Shown: in pieces, positions 16,559 through 26,805 of the stretch | Layout of the letters: each line of letters starts with the position of its first letter | Numbering within the stretch: the first letter of the stretch is position 1 | Source: an uncultured virus (IMG/VR IMGVR_UViG_3300042484_001250) | Taxonomy: Duplodnaviria > Heunggongvirae > Uroviricota > Caudoviricetes | Strand: one strand, 5' to 3' | IMG/VR virus record: IMGVR_UViG_3300042484_001250 | Coordinates: 62,001-126,000 of that record | DNA: 64,000 bases | The notes under the pieces: generated by a model | Told to the model about the DNA's origin: nothing | Database searches by the model: none | Seen by the model: the letters and a program-made list of their open reading frames with translations, nothing else | Translations under genes and position numbers: made by a program

Positions 16559-16951
16559 ATGTCAACCGAATTCGAATTATTCAAAGGTAAAACATTAGGT
16601 TCACTTTTTGAGGATATCTATAATAACCAAACACAAAAGAAAGCCAAAATATCCGAACTAATCATTGAACTAAAAAAAATGGTTAGGCATGCTGGGGATA
16701 TGGCTGTTATAGGTCCTTTAATTAGAGACCTTATAGATACTTCCGTTAAGAATGATGACCAATTAGTTAAATTAGCAAACCTTGCTCAAAAACTAATAGC
16801 ATCGGAAAAGAAATCGGAGGGTGATGATGGATTCCTTTCAGCATTTGAAAAAGAACAACTACTTAAAGATATTGAAGATACTCAATTGGAATTAGAAAGA
16901 GTTGATGAATTGGAAAACGAAATAGAAGAACTTAAACTAAAAGTAAAATAA
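16559..16951 (+). CDS. Helical hypothetical phage protein
   Basis: ORF preceded by TATTTATA; coiled-coil character. Confidence 0.7.
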   Translation: MSTEFELFKGKTLGSLFEDIYNNQTQKKAKISELIIELKKMVRHAGDMAVIGPLIRDLIDTSVKNDDQLVKLANLAQKLIASEKKSEGDDGFLSAFEKEQLLKDIEDTQLELERVDELENEIEELKLKVK

Positions 16952-16952
16952 A

Positions 16953-18191
16953 ATGACATTACAAAATTCAAGTGTTGTATCTACGCAAATAACACAAACA
17001 GGACCGATAACTACTAGCGTAAGTAAGGGAATGGGATTTGTATATAGTGTTATATTAGATGAAACACATCCTGCTATAAAAGATAGTAATGGTAATAGAA
17101 AAATATCATATATAGGAGCAATTGAATATAGGTTTGCAAATAATGTAGCATCTGATGATGCAAATTTACCAATTGCATTTCCATTTGATAAAAATTTTAA
17201 AAATTTACCGGTTGTAAACGAAAGTGTTGAAATTTATCAAAATGGTAGTGTGTCTATGTATAGGCGTGTTGGACAAGATATAACACCAAATATAAATTCA
17301 GACCAAAAAGCTATAACAAAACATTATGGTGAAAAAACAAAATTAGATAATAAAGGTAATGATTATAATAAAGTACAAACCACTGGTATAGTTAAAACAA
17401 ATGTAAACGAATCATTGCAATTAGATGGGTTTGGAAAATATTTTAAAACAGAAAGGGGAATACACAGATTAAAATTATACGAAGGTGATAGTTTGGTTGA
17501 AACACGGTTTGGACAATCTATAAGATTCTCTGGATACAATAATCCTAAAAATGTATTCTCACCAACTGTAATAATTAGAAATGGCGAAAGTCAGATAACA
17601 AGAAAAAAACCAATAACAGAATCTATATTAGAAGATATAAATAAAGATGGCAGTATCATTGCTATGACATCTGACCAATATGAGTTATCGTTTTTACCTG
17701 GTACTGTTAGTGAAACTGGTACAACTGATTTTCAAACAGCTCCAACATCATTTCAACAATATCCATCTAAATTAATTGGTGACCAAATTCTAATCAATTC
17801 TGGAAGATTGATATTTTCTGCAAAAAGTGCGGAAATGATATTTTATTCTAAAAAGAATTATGGGTTTATATCAGATGGTGCCATGTCAATTGATAATGCA
17901 TTGGGGATTGATGTTAGTGTGGGTGGTGATATAAATGTATTAACTAACGATAGGAGTGTTCATTTATATACAGGAAATGGTTCTATTATATTGGGTAGTC
18001 AGGGATTAGAACCATTGGTAAAAGGACAAACTTTAGTAGATATATTGGGTGAGTTAATAGATACAATTGTAGCACAACAATATCTAACTCCATCCGGCCC
18101 AACTAAAATAGGTCCTGAAAATGTACCAAAATTTGCATCTATAAAGTCAAAACTTAATTCAATGTTAAGTAAATTAAATCAAACTGCTTAA
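16953..18191 (+). CDS. Baseplate central spike/hub, T4 gp5-like (no lysozyme domain)
   Basis: OB-like N-region (LPVVNESVEI), EGDSLVETRFGQSIRF, beta-helix-like repeats, LTPSGPT tip; located before gp25/gp6. Confidence 0.6.
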   Translation: MTLQNSSVVSTQITQTGPITTSVSKGMGFVYSVILDETHPAIKDSNGNRKISYIGAIEYRFANNVASDDANLPIAFPFDKNFKNLPVVNESVEIYQNGSVSMYRRVGQDITPNINSDQKAITKHYGEKTKLDNKGNDYNKVQTTGIVKTNVNESLQLDGFGKYFKTERGIHRLKLYEGDSLVETRFGQSIRFSGYNNPKNVFSPTVIIRNGESQITRKKPITESILEDINKDGSIIAMTSDQYELSFLPGTVSETGTTDFQTAPTSFQQYPSKLIGDQILINSGRLIFSAKSAEMIFYSKKNYGFISDGAMSIDNALGIDVSVGGDINVLTNDRSVHLYTGNGSIILGSQGLEPLVKGQTLVDILGELIDTIVAQQYLTPSGPTKIGPENVPKFASIKSKLNSMLSKLNQTA

Positions 18192-18195
18192 ATAT

Positions 18196-18771
18196 ATGGC
18201 AACGATAATTCAACCACCATTACCAAAATTTGATACTACATCACTAAATGCGGATTTGGCTAATAAAATAAAAGCGCCTGAATTGCAAGAAATACCTGAT
18301 GGTAGTGGTAATTTACGTTCTATGATAAAAGACCAATCTATGCAATTGGGTACTAATATAGAAGGTACTTTAGACCAATTTGGAGAAAACATAGAAGCCG
18401 AAGCAGAGAGAAAAGCTGCAGAATTAGAAGCTGCTGCAAAACAAATAGAAGCGGCAGCATTAGCAGCTGCTAAAATGATTGAAGAAGAATTAAAAAGAAA
18501 AAAAGAAGAAGCAAAGAAAGCAATTGAAGATGCAAAAAAAGAAGCAAAGGAGGCATTTCAAAAAGCACTAACCGCAAAAGAACAGGCGGAAGATATGATA
18601 GCAAAATTACGTGGATTTAAAATACCCAGATTAAAAAAATTAAAACCCATACCAACAAAAGATTTACCAGCACCTCCTCAATATGCTAAATATATGGATG
18701 CTGATGCAAAACGGGAATACGCCGAAAATGCTAAAAGTTCGGCAACAAAAGGAGAACCACCAATAGTATAA
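18196..18771 (+). CDS. Ala/Glu/Lys-rich coiled-coil protein
   Basis: Heptad-rich central region, Pro-rich ends. Confidence 0.65.
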   Translation: MATIIQPPLPKFDTTSLNADLANKIKAPELQEIPDGSGNLRSMIKDQSMQLGTNIEGTLDQFGENIEAEAERKAAELEAAAKQIEAAALAAAKMIEEELKRKKEEAKKAIEDAKKEAKEAFQKALTAKEQAEDMIAKLRGFKIPRLKKLKPIPTKDLPAPPQYAKYMDADAKREYAENAKSSATKGEPPIV

Positions 18772-18774
18772 ATT

Positions 18775-19839
18775 ATGTCTTGGGAAATATTTAAACAAAA
18801 TATTGTAAGAATTTCAAATAGACCAGGTAGTATACCTGATATAGATACTGTGGCTAGGGCTTATGCAGTTGAATACGATGCTGCAATTAAAAGAGGATTT
18901 GATACTTTAAATAATATAGCAATTCAGCAAGGTGATGTTGCAACAATGGAAAGATTGTTTAAAATTGCTTTACAAAAAGGATTATCATCAACAGGTCCAT
19001 ATGATTTAGTTGGTGAAATGGGAAAGGGTGTAATTGCGTATTGGAGTGCACCAGGTGGGCCTGCTAGTATAGCTGATAATGCGGATGGTATTGATGCGGT
19101 GGAGGCTGAAGCAATTCAAACCGATATTAATAGAGAATACCCAAAAACTCAATTAGAGTATGAAAGACAGTTTCCATCAAAAGAAGCCGCAATGGCAAAT
19201 AATAGTAATGTTTCACCAAAAGAAGCATTAGATTCTGTAAACGATTTTAATAATGAAAAATCCCAAAGTAATGCTGATACTAAATTAGTTGGAAGGGGTG
19301 ATACTGCATTATTTAATAAATGTGGAAATGGAATATGGCCTGCATTGGGAACTGCTCCAAATTTTGAAATAAGAAGTATAGAAAATGCTGACTCAGATTG
19401 TCCTAGAAAATGGTACAAAACAAATCAAGAATATCTAACAAAAAATTGTACTCAAATAATGTTTCCAACTGCCAAAGGTAGTTCTAAAATATTAGTTCAT
19501 AAAAATTTGGCAGCAATTATAAAACCCGCATTAGAAGAAATAAAAGCAAAAGGATTGCAAAGATATATTGAAAATTGCGGAGGTGGGTTGGCTATTAGAA
19601 ATGTAACTTGTGGTACTAGATTATCAAATCATAGTTGGGGAACTGCGATTGATATGAATACGGGAATATACCCATATGGTGTAAAATTTAAATCAGATGG
19701 AATTTATAGTGGTAAGAAAAAACTTAGAGAACTTAATGAATTTGATAAAGGATTCCAACAAGTAGCAGCAATATTTAAATCAAAAGGAATGACATGGTTA
19801 AGTAATAATGACCCAATGCACGTTTCTATATATGAATAA
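18775..19839 (+). CDS. Baseplate-associated protein with C-terminal M15 family peptidoglycan peptidase
   Basis: SNHSWGTAIDMN (SxHxxGxAxD) and DPMH zinc ligands. Confidence 0.85.
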   Translation: MSWEIFKQNIVRISNRPGSIPDIDTVARAYAVEYDAAIKRGFDTLNNIAIQQGDVATMERLFKIALQKGLSSTGPYDLVGEMGKGVIAYWSAPGGPASIADNADGIDAVEAEAIQTDINREYPKTQLEYERQFPSKEAAMANNSNVSPKEALDSVNDFNNEKSQSNADTKLVGRGDTALFNKCGNGIWPALGTAPNFEIRSIENADSDCPRKWYKTNQEYLTKNCTQIMFPTAKGSSKILVHKNLAAIIKPALEEIKAKGLQRYIENCGGGLAIRNVTCGTRLSNHSWGTAIDMNTGIYPYGVKFKSDGIYSGKKKLRELNEFDKGFQQVAAIFKSKGMTWLSNNDPMHVSIYE

Positions 19840-19849
19840 TTATTAAGAT

Positions 19850-20686
19850 ATGGGAGCTATAATGAGAAACTTTCCAATACCACTTATACCAGCACCAGGC
19901 TCAACTGCCAATGTTGCTGTAATAAATAATGTGGTTTTAAGTCCGGGAGTTTGGGGACCACCACAACCATCGGTAGGAGCAAGACAGGGAGATACTTTAT
20001 CCGAAGAGGAAAAAGCTGGTGCACAAGAAGATTTGGATGTTGCAAAAAAAGATTTGCAAGAATTTCAAAATGACCCAACACCCGAAGGACAGGCTAAAGC
20101 ACAAACTGCAAGAGAACAAATAGCATATCAATCGGAAAGATTGGGAAGTGGTGAGAATGCATCTTCATCGGATGTATCAAATGAACCAAAGCAAGAGATT
20201 ATAGCAGATTTGCCACCTGATATGGAAATAGGATTAAAAATAGTTCAATATGCTTTAAGAGATTTAGGAGTAACTGAAAATCCACTACCACCGGGAAAAC
20301 CTGAAAATTCCGGTCCAAGAGTTTTACAAATGTTAAAAGGTGTTGGATTTAATACACCCGCATATTGGTGTGCTGCTGCGGTATCTGCTTGGTATAAGAG
20401 TGCTGGTGCAAAATCACCCAATAGTGCATCATGTGATGTTTGGATGAGTTGGGCAAAACGAAATGGATTGTTTAGTAGCAAACCTGCAATTGGAGCAGCT
20501 ATTTTATATGGTAGTTCGGCAGATGCACATCACATAGGAATTGTTGAGGCAATAAGTGGGGATAGAGTAACTACAATAGAAGGTAATACTTCTGGTGGTG
20601 GTTTTAGTAGAAACGGAGTAGGTGTATTCCGTAAATCAGCAAGAATTGCAAAAGCAGTTGGATTTGTATTACCAATAAAAAAATAA
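19850..20686 (+). CDS. Baseplate-associated protein with C-terminal CHAP domain
   Basis: YWCAAAV, HIGIVE and TIEGNT motifs. Confidence 0.88.
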   Translation: MGAIMRNFPIPLIPAPGSTANVAVINNVVLSPGVWGPPQPSVGARQGDTLSEEEKAGAQEDLDVAKKDLQEFQNDPTPEGQAKAQTAREQIAYQSERLGSGENASSSDVSNEPKQEIIADLPPDMEIGLKIVQYALRDLGVTENPLPPGKPENSGPRVLQMLKGVGFNTPAYWCAAAVSAWYKSAGAKSPNSASCDVWMSWAKRNGLFSSKPAIGAAILYGSSADAHHIGIVEAISGDRVTTIEGNTSGGGFSRNGVGVFRKSARIAKAVGFVLPIKK

Positions 20687-20690
20687 TAAA

Positions 20691-21623
20691 ATGTCAGCAG
20701 TTAGACCTACGGATAATACTGGAGTAATAGTTGATGAGTTCATTCGTTATGCAACTCAACATTTAACTACTGTAACCGGCGTTATATCAACAACATCTTT
20801 ATATCCACCTTTGGGTACACCCGGACCGGGTATTATAAATTGGACAGGTTATACAGTTCCCCCAGCAGCACCATCAATACCTATTGGTCAAGTTGATACA
20901 TCTGCAATAGAAATGACACCTGAACAAGAAGCAATAGCTGAAAGAGCATCACAAAGGGGAGCTGATTTAAATTCTGCAACCGCAGCTGCACTATCTGGTG
21001 TGGAATATACAGGCGGTTCTTCTGGTGGAGGTGGTGGAGGTGGTAGTGATTCTGGCGGTGTAGTATCTTTATCCGCAGATAAATTGCCGGTTGATGGTGT
21101 TGAAAAAATACCTAATTACAAAACAAGTGTAAAAGTTCCACCCGAAATAGTTGTTGCTATGAGAAAATATGGAGTGGGTAGAAGTCCTTTGGAAAGAGCA
21201 CACTTTTTAGCACAATGTGCTCACGAAAGTGGAGGATTTATTTATAGAGAAGAATTGGCAAGTGGAGCTGCATATGAAGGTAGACGTGATTTGGGTAATA
21301 CACAACCTGGCGATGGTGTACGATATAAAGGTAGGGGATATATTCAATTAACGGGTAGAGCAAACTATACAAAATTTGGACCTGTTGCTGGTGGTGATTT
21401 TGTAGGAAATCCAAGAGTAGTTGCACAGCAATATTATGCTGATACCGCTTGTTTATTTTGGAAATCAAATAGTTTAGGTCCAAAATGTGTTAATTCATCG
21501 ATTGATACTATTAAAGTTGTAACTAAAAGAATCAATGGTGGTTATAATGGATTGAACGATAGAGTAAGTAGATTTGCAGTTTATTGGAGAGAATTACAAA
21601 GAGACCCGACACTTTGGGCATAA
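20691..21623 (+). CDS. Baseplate-associated protein with C-terminal GH19 lysozyme/chitinase
   Basis: FLAQCAHES, YKGRGYIQLTGRANY and TKRINGGYNGL motifs. Confidence 0.92.
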   Translation: MSAVRPTDNTGVIVDEFIRYATQHLTTVTGVISTTSLYPPLGTPGPGIINWTGYTVPPAAPSIPIGQVDTSAIEMTPEQEAIAERASQRGADLNSATAAALSGVEYTGGSSGGGGGGGSDSGGVVSLSADKLPVDGVEKIPNYKTSVKVPPEIVVAMRKYGVGRSPLERAHFLAQCAHESGGFIYREELASGAAYEGRRDLGNTQPGDGVRYKGRGYIQLTGRANYTKFGPVAGGDFVGNPRVVAQQYYADTACLFWKSNSLGPKCVNSSIDTIKVVTKRINGGYNGLNDRVSRFAVYWRELQRDPTLWA

Positions 21624-21678
21624 ATCCCAAAAATAAACAAATCAAATATTTATATTAACAACAACGAAAGATAATCAA

Positions 21679-22185
21679 ATGAATACGGATAAATTATTAA
21701 AAGCTATTCAAATTCTTATCAAAGAGGAGTTAAAACAACAACTCCCTGCTTTGATTAAAGAAGGAGTGAAAGCGGAAATGAAAAAGGTTTTAGCGGAAGG
21801 AAATACTAAACCACAACCTAAAAAAGAAAGTGAAGGATTTTCAATGGCTAAAGCAATATTGGGGAATGATACTATTAAGGAATCGGTTGAAACTAAAGTA
21901 GTAGAAACTAAACAATTTAGTAAAAACCCAATTATTAATCAAATTTTAAATGAAACAAGAGGTGGTATCCCACAAGGTGATGGTGGTTTTAGAACAATGA
22001 ATTTTGGACAAGGTGATATGGGGTCTGTTGTAGGTAGAACTGCAGTAGCTGATAAAATGGGATATGGTGATTTAGCTAGAGGACCTCAACCAAGTGGATT
22101 AGGTGTTCAAACTGGGGTGCCTGAATTGGATAAAGCATTGAACAGAGATTATTCAGAATTAGTAAAACGATTTAATAAAAAATAA
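21679..22185 (+). CDS. Hypothetical virion protein with LxE motifs
   Basis: LIKEE, LAE and ILNET motifs; late-type promoter. Confidence 0.65.
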   Translation: MNTDKLLKAIQILIKEELKQQLPALIKEGVKAEMKKVLAEGNTKPQPKKESEGFSMAKAILGNDTIKESVETKVVETKQFSKNPIINQILNETRGGIPQGDGGFRTMNFGQGDMGSVVGRTAVADKMGYGDLARGPQPSGLGVQTGVPELDKALNRDYSELVKRFNKK

Positions 22186-22607
22186 TGGCAGTATTATTAG
22201 GTCAAAGGATGGTTAAAGATACAATTGCATATAACGATTATGCTATTGGTATTACATTGCCATTACAAATAGGAAATAATGCATTTAATCAATCATTTAA
22301 AACAATTGACCAAGTAAAAACAAATATTAAAAACCTTTTATTAACAAAAAGAAAAGAAAGAGTAATGCAACCGGAATTGGGTAGTGGCTTACAAGAATTA
22401 CTTTTTGATTTTAATGATGACTTTTTAGCTGATGAAATAGAAGAAGTTATTACAAACAGTATGGAAAAGTGGTTGCCATACGTTACTATTGAAGAAATTG
22501 ATGTTAGACAGACTGATGAATTTAAGGATACCAATCGTGTTGAAATTTCATTAACATTTAGTATAACAAATAATGTAGGTATGGAGACAGTAACCTTTAC
22601 AGTATAA
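22185..22607 (+). CDS. gp25: Baseplate wedge subunit, gp25-like
   Basis: NIKNLLLTKRKERVMQPELGSGL...WLPYV. Confidence 0.9.
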   Translation: MAVLLGQRMVKDTIAYNDYAIGITLPLQIGNNAFNQSFKTIDQVKTNIKNLLLTKRKERVMQPELGSGLQELLFDFNDDFLADEIEEVITNSMEKWLPYVTIEEIDVRQTDEFKDTNRVEISLTFSITNNVGMETVTFTV

Positions 22608-22611
22608 AAAA

Positions 22612-24648
22612 ATGGCATTAACTACAATAAATAAGAATTTTAAAAACAAAGGAAAAGATATAAAATATCTAAATAAAGACTTTGCTGCATTTAGAGAAAA
22701 CTTAATTGAATTTTCTAAAACATATTTTCCAAAAACATATTCTGATTTTAATGAAACATCACCTGGTATGATGTTTATTGAATTAGCATCGTATGTTGGT
22801 GATTCATTATCTTATTATGTAGATGATACTTTAAAAGAATCATTAATGCCATACGCTGAAGATATTCAAAGTGTAATTGCATTATCTCAATTTTTGGGAT
22901 ATAAACCAAAAGTAACATCTCCAGCAATAACAAATGTATCGGTATATCAATTAATTCCATCAATTGGAAGTGGTGTTAATAACAAACCAGATGAAACATA
23001 TTTTCTTAGAATAAAAGAAGGTATGCGATTACAATCTACTGAAAATGATATTTTATTTAGAACAACAGACGTAGTTGATTTTAATGATGAAAACAATAGA
23101 GAGATTACAATTTACGAAAGAGATGTAAATACTGGAGAACCTACTTTTTATTTGGTTAAAAAATATGTACAAGCAATATCAGCTATCACATCGGAAAGAA
23201 CATTTACGTTTGGAGCATATCAACCATTTCAATCAATAACATTAGATGAAACGAACATTATTCAAATATATGATGTTAGGGATTCGAATGGAAACAAATA
23301 TTATGAAGTTCCATATTTGGGACAAGAAATGGTGTATATTGAACAACCAACAACAGAATCAAATGATGCTGAATTATATCAATTTAAAACAACAGTTCCA
23401 TATATTCTTAAAACTATAAAAACACCAAGAAGATTTGTAGCAAAAGTAAATCAAAATAGTACAACTACATTACAATTTGGAGCAGGTGACCCATCCGCAT
23501 CGGATGAACAATTAATACCAAATCTTAAAAATGTAGGACTTGGTTTACCAAACTCAATTAGTAGATTGGAAGAATCATTTGACCCAACTAATTTTTTAAA
23601 AACAAAAACGTATGGAACATCTCCATCAAACACAAGTATTATTGTTAAATATTTTGTAGGTGGTGGTATTAGTTCAAATATAGTTAAAGGTGATTTGACT
23701 AGAATAGTTGGAATAGAATATGAAGATGATATTGATTCATTTACAAATGCACAAATAGCAACATATAATAGTATTAAAAATTCAGTAGCAGTTGATAACG
23801 AAATACCCGCAACAGGTGGTAGAGATGGTGAAACTATTGAAGAGATTAGACAAAACGCATTGGCAAACTTTGGTGCACAAAATAGAGCAGTAACTGCAAA
23901 AGATTATCAAGTTAGAGCATTATCATTACCATCAAAATATGGTGGTGTTGCTAAAGCATTTGCAACTGCAGATGGTACATTGGATAATAATTCACCTGCT
24001 TCTATATTAGCATCACCAAATCATTTACAAGAGTTTACGGATTTGGTTATGAGTTTTGTTAATAAGCCTGATTCAGAAGAACCAACTATACAATCCGTTA
24101 AGCAAGATATTACAACATATTTAATTGGTAAAGATTCCAACTTAAAGGAAAAAAATAATCCGTTTGCAATTAACCTCTATTTGTTGGGATATGATTTAAA
24201 CGGAAATCTTACAAATCTTAATAAAGCAGTAAAAGAAAATCTTAAAACTTATATGAACGAATACCGAATGTTGACAGATGGTGTTAATATAAGTGATGGG
24301 TATATTATAAATATTGGTGTTGAGTTTGATATTATCATATATAACAACTACAACAAAAGTGAAGTACTTACTAAATGTATTACTGAATTGAAAGATTATT
24401 TTAATATAGATAATTGGACATTCAATCAAACAATTAATTTAAGCGAAGTAGAATTACTAATAGCAAACGTTGAAGGTGTATCATCAGTACCAATGATGAA
24501 AATAACAAATAAATGTGGTGGAAATTATTCACCAAATTCATATAACGTAGATGCTGCAACTAAAGATAAAATTGTATATCCATCGTTAGACCCATCTATT
24601 TTTGAAATTAAGTTTCCGGATTCAGACATTAAAGGACGAGTAAGATAA
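22612..24648 (+). CDS. gp6: Baseplate wedge subunit, gp6/Baseplate-J-like
   Basis: DFNETSPGMMFIEL, TLQFG and ATGGRDGETIEEIR...AQNRAVTAKDY motifs. Confidence 0.9.
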   Translation: MALTTINKNFKNKGKDIKYLNKDFAAFRENLIEFSKTYFPKTYSDFNETSPGMMFIELASYVGDSLSYYVDDTLKESLMPYAEDIQSVIALSQFLGYKPKVTSPAITNVSVYQLIPSIGSGVNNKPDETYFLRIKEGMRLQSTENDILFRTTDVVDFNDENNREITIYERDVNTGEPTFYLVKKYVQAISAITSERTFTFGAYQPFQSITLDETNIIQIYDVRDSNGNKYYEVPYLGQEMVYIEQPTTESNDAELYQFKTTVPYILKTIKTPRRFVAKVNQNSTTTLQFGAGDPSASDEQLIPNLKNVGLGLPNSISRLEESFDPTNFLKTKTYGTSPSNTSIIVKYFVGGGISSNIVKGDLTRIVGIEYEDDIDSFTNAQIATYNSIKNSVAVDNEIPATGGRDGETIEEIRQNALANFGAQNRAVTAKDYQVRALSLPSKYGGVAKAFATADGTLDNNSPASILASPNHLQEFTDLVMSFVNKPDSEEPTIQSVKQDITTYLIGKDSNLKEKNNPFAINLYLLGYDLNGNLTNLNKAVKENLKTYMNEYRMLTDGVNISDGYIINIGVEFDIIIYNNYNKSEVLTKCITELKDYFNIDNWTFNQTINLSEVELLIANVEGVSSVPMMKITNKCGGNYSPNSYNVDAATKDKIVYPSLDPSIFEIKFPDSDIKGRVR

Positions 24649-25715
24649 TGATATATTTTTTAACAGCATCTAAAGATGCAACATTGTATTTACAGCAACC
24701 CAATCAAAATACTGGGCTTGATGAGATATTGGAAATAAATAAAGTATATTATGGAAATATAAAAGATATAACCCATGCTTTACTTAAATTTGAAATGGGG
24801 TATCTATCATCTTCAATTGTAAGTGGTGATGTATCAATGAGTAATGCAACTCTTATTTTGAGAGAAACCGAAAGTAATGAGATACCATTAGATTACACAA
24901 TATTTGCAAATGCATTATCTGGCAGTTGGGAAATGGGTAAAGGTAATCGATTTGATGAAATTGAAACCGCCGGTGTAACTTGGAATTATAGAGATGGTGA
25001 TAATAGTGTTGAATGGTTAGAAAACACTTTTAACACAAACACAACTGCTAGTGTAAATAATGGAACTGGTGGTACTTGGTGGACTAATTATCAGGCATCT
25101 CAAGGATATAGTTATCAAACTGCTGATATTGAAATGGATGTTAAATCTATTTTAAGAGGATGGGTAAGTGGTTCTATTCCAAACGATGGTTTTATTTTAA
25201 GGAGAGATGTTGACAAAGAAAGAGATACAAATGATTACGGTCAACTTAAATTCTTTTCAAAAGAAACGCATACAATTTATCAACCAAAAATTAGAATAGG
25301 TTGGGATGACCAAAAAATTGTAACTGGTTCACTAACCGAATTAACAACCGAAGATATAAAAGTTAGTATATCTAATTTAAAGAAAGAATATAAATTAAAT
25401 AGTATTCCAAAATTAAGAGTGTTGGGTAGAGAATTATATCCATTAAAAACATTTACAAGCACATTTGCATATAATGATGTTAAGTATTTACCCGAAACTA
25501 CATATTATCAAATAAAAGATTTACATTCAAACGATGTAATAATCCCCTTTTCGGAATATTCAAAAGTAAGTTGTGATTCAATTGGTAACTATATAAATTT
25601 AAATCTTTCCAATTGGGAGGTTGATAGAAAATATAAAATAGAATTTAAAATAGATAGAGATGGTTCTATTTCTTATTTTGATGATAATATAATATTTGGT
25701 GTAATTAAGTACTAA
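24648..25715 (+). CDS. Structural protein with DNRLRE/CBM-like beta-sandwich domain
   Basis: KDATLY...NTG, WEMG...VTWN and NDGFIL...KFFSKE...PKI pattern; baseplate context. Confidence 0.5.
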   Translation: MIYFLTASKDATLYLQQPNQNTGLDEILEINKVYYGNIKDITHALLKFEMGYLSSSIVSGDVSMSNATLILRETESNEIPLDYTIFANALSGSWEMGKGNRFDEIETAGVTWNYRDGDNSVEWLENTFNTNTTASVNNGTGGTWWTNYQASQGYSYQTADIEMDVKSILRGWVSGSIPNDGFILRRDVDKERDTNDYGQLKFFSKETHTIYQPKIRIGWDDQKIVTGSLTELTTEDIKVSISNLKKEYKLNSIPKLRVLGRELYPLKTFTSTFAYNDVKYLPETTYYQIKDLHSNDVIIPFSEYSKVSCDSIGNYINLNLSNWEVDRKYKIEFKIDRDGSISYFDDNIIFGVIKY

Positions 25716-25716
25716 G

Positions 25717-26805
25717 ATGATAAAAACAGGTTTACAAAATGAAGCAATAATATCCGAACTTTTAGTTAGTGGTTCGCAAATCATTGATACTAAAAATGAT
25801 TTTGGAGTTTATATGTTTGAAGATAAAGAAACTTCGGATGGTATTGTATTTGGTAAATTACAAAAACCAAAATATAATGAAACAGAAATAATAAAATCAA
25901 TTGATACAACTATTGTAGAATTATTACCATTAGAAGTACCAAATTTACCAGAAACTGTTCTTAAATTTATCTATGATGCTAAAGTTGCGGAAGTTGCGGA
26001 TTTGACGGAAAATATTAGAGAACTAAATACTGAAATATCATCTTTAGAGGGAACTATAAGTGGTTTAGAAACCGAACTTGAGGCAATGAGAATTGATATG
26101 GATAATAAAGATTTGTTACTTGCGGTTGCGGAAAACAATGCACAACAATCAACAACTAAAGTTCAGAGTTCAATACAAGAATTACAAAACGCTATCCAAA
26201 GAGCAACTGCTGAATCTGTACAAAGAGTTTCGGCATATGCTAGAAATGAATCTTTAAAAGGACAGGTAACACAATATGAAGAGCAGGTAAGTACATCTAC
26301 AAAACAAATAATTTCATTAAATGAATCAATACGTCTGCAAAATAATACCATTTTTGAAAAGGATAGTGCAATAGATGCATTAAGTAGAGATAACTCCGCA
26401 CTTCAAACAAATTTAATAAGAAGTACTACCGCCAATAAGAAGGGAAAAATTATTTGTAACATGCTTTATGAGCAAGGATTTATACCTCAACACATATGGG
26501 CAGCAGATGAGGCATTTGGTGAGATGATGTTGAAAGAAAATAGACACGTTGCTATGGGTTACTTAATGTGGGCACAATCTGTTGTGGATTATTTTACTAA
26601 AAACTCACAATATTCTAAGTATCTATATGTAGCAGTTAAACCTTGGTCAGAACATATGGCACACATAATGGGTGTATTACCAAACGATAATTTAATTGGT
26701 AAAGGATTGCACTTTGTAGGTTGCCAATATTCATTGATTATTTATAATGTAGTTAAATTAAAAAGAAAATATAAAAAGAAAAAATTATCATTGGGATGGC
26801 TATAA
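25717..26805 (+). CDS. Coiled-coil structural protein with C-terminal KIIC domain
   Basis: Long heptad region followed by KIICNMLYEQG...WAADEAFG...GYLMWA. Confidence 0.65.
   Translation: MIKTGLQNEAIISELLVSGSQIIDTKNDFGVYMFEDKETSDGIVFGKLQKPKYNETEIIKSIDTTIVELLPLEVPNLPETVLKFIYDAKVAEVADLTENIRELNTEISSLEGTISGLETELEAMRIDMDNKDLLLAVAENNAQQSTTKVQSSIQELQNAIQRATAESVQRVSAYARNESLKGQVTQYEEQVSTSTKQIISLNESIRLQNNTIFEKDSAIDALSRDNSALQTNLIRSTTANKKGKIICNMLYEQGFIPQHIWAADEAFGEMMLKENRHVAMGYLMWAQSVVDYFTKNSQYSKYLYVAVKPWSEHMAHIMGVLPNDNLIGKGLHFVGCQYSLIIYNVVKLKRKYKKKKLSLGWL

Noticed and set aside
18775..21623. Self-splicing introns or inteins joining the three hydrolase-gene fragments
   Set aside because: The intervening parts encode peptidoglycan hydrolases ending in stops with 4-10 nt gaps; no intron or Hint motifs are visible
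20691..21623. GH19 gene as the lysis endolysin
   Set aside because: Baseplate context and structural N-piece favour a virion-associated lysin, although a dual role is not excluded
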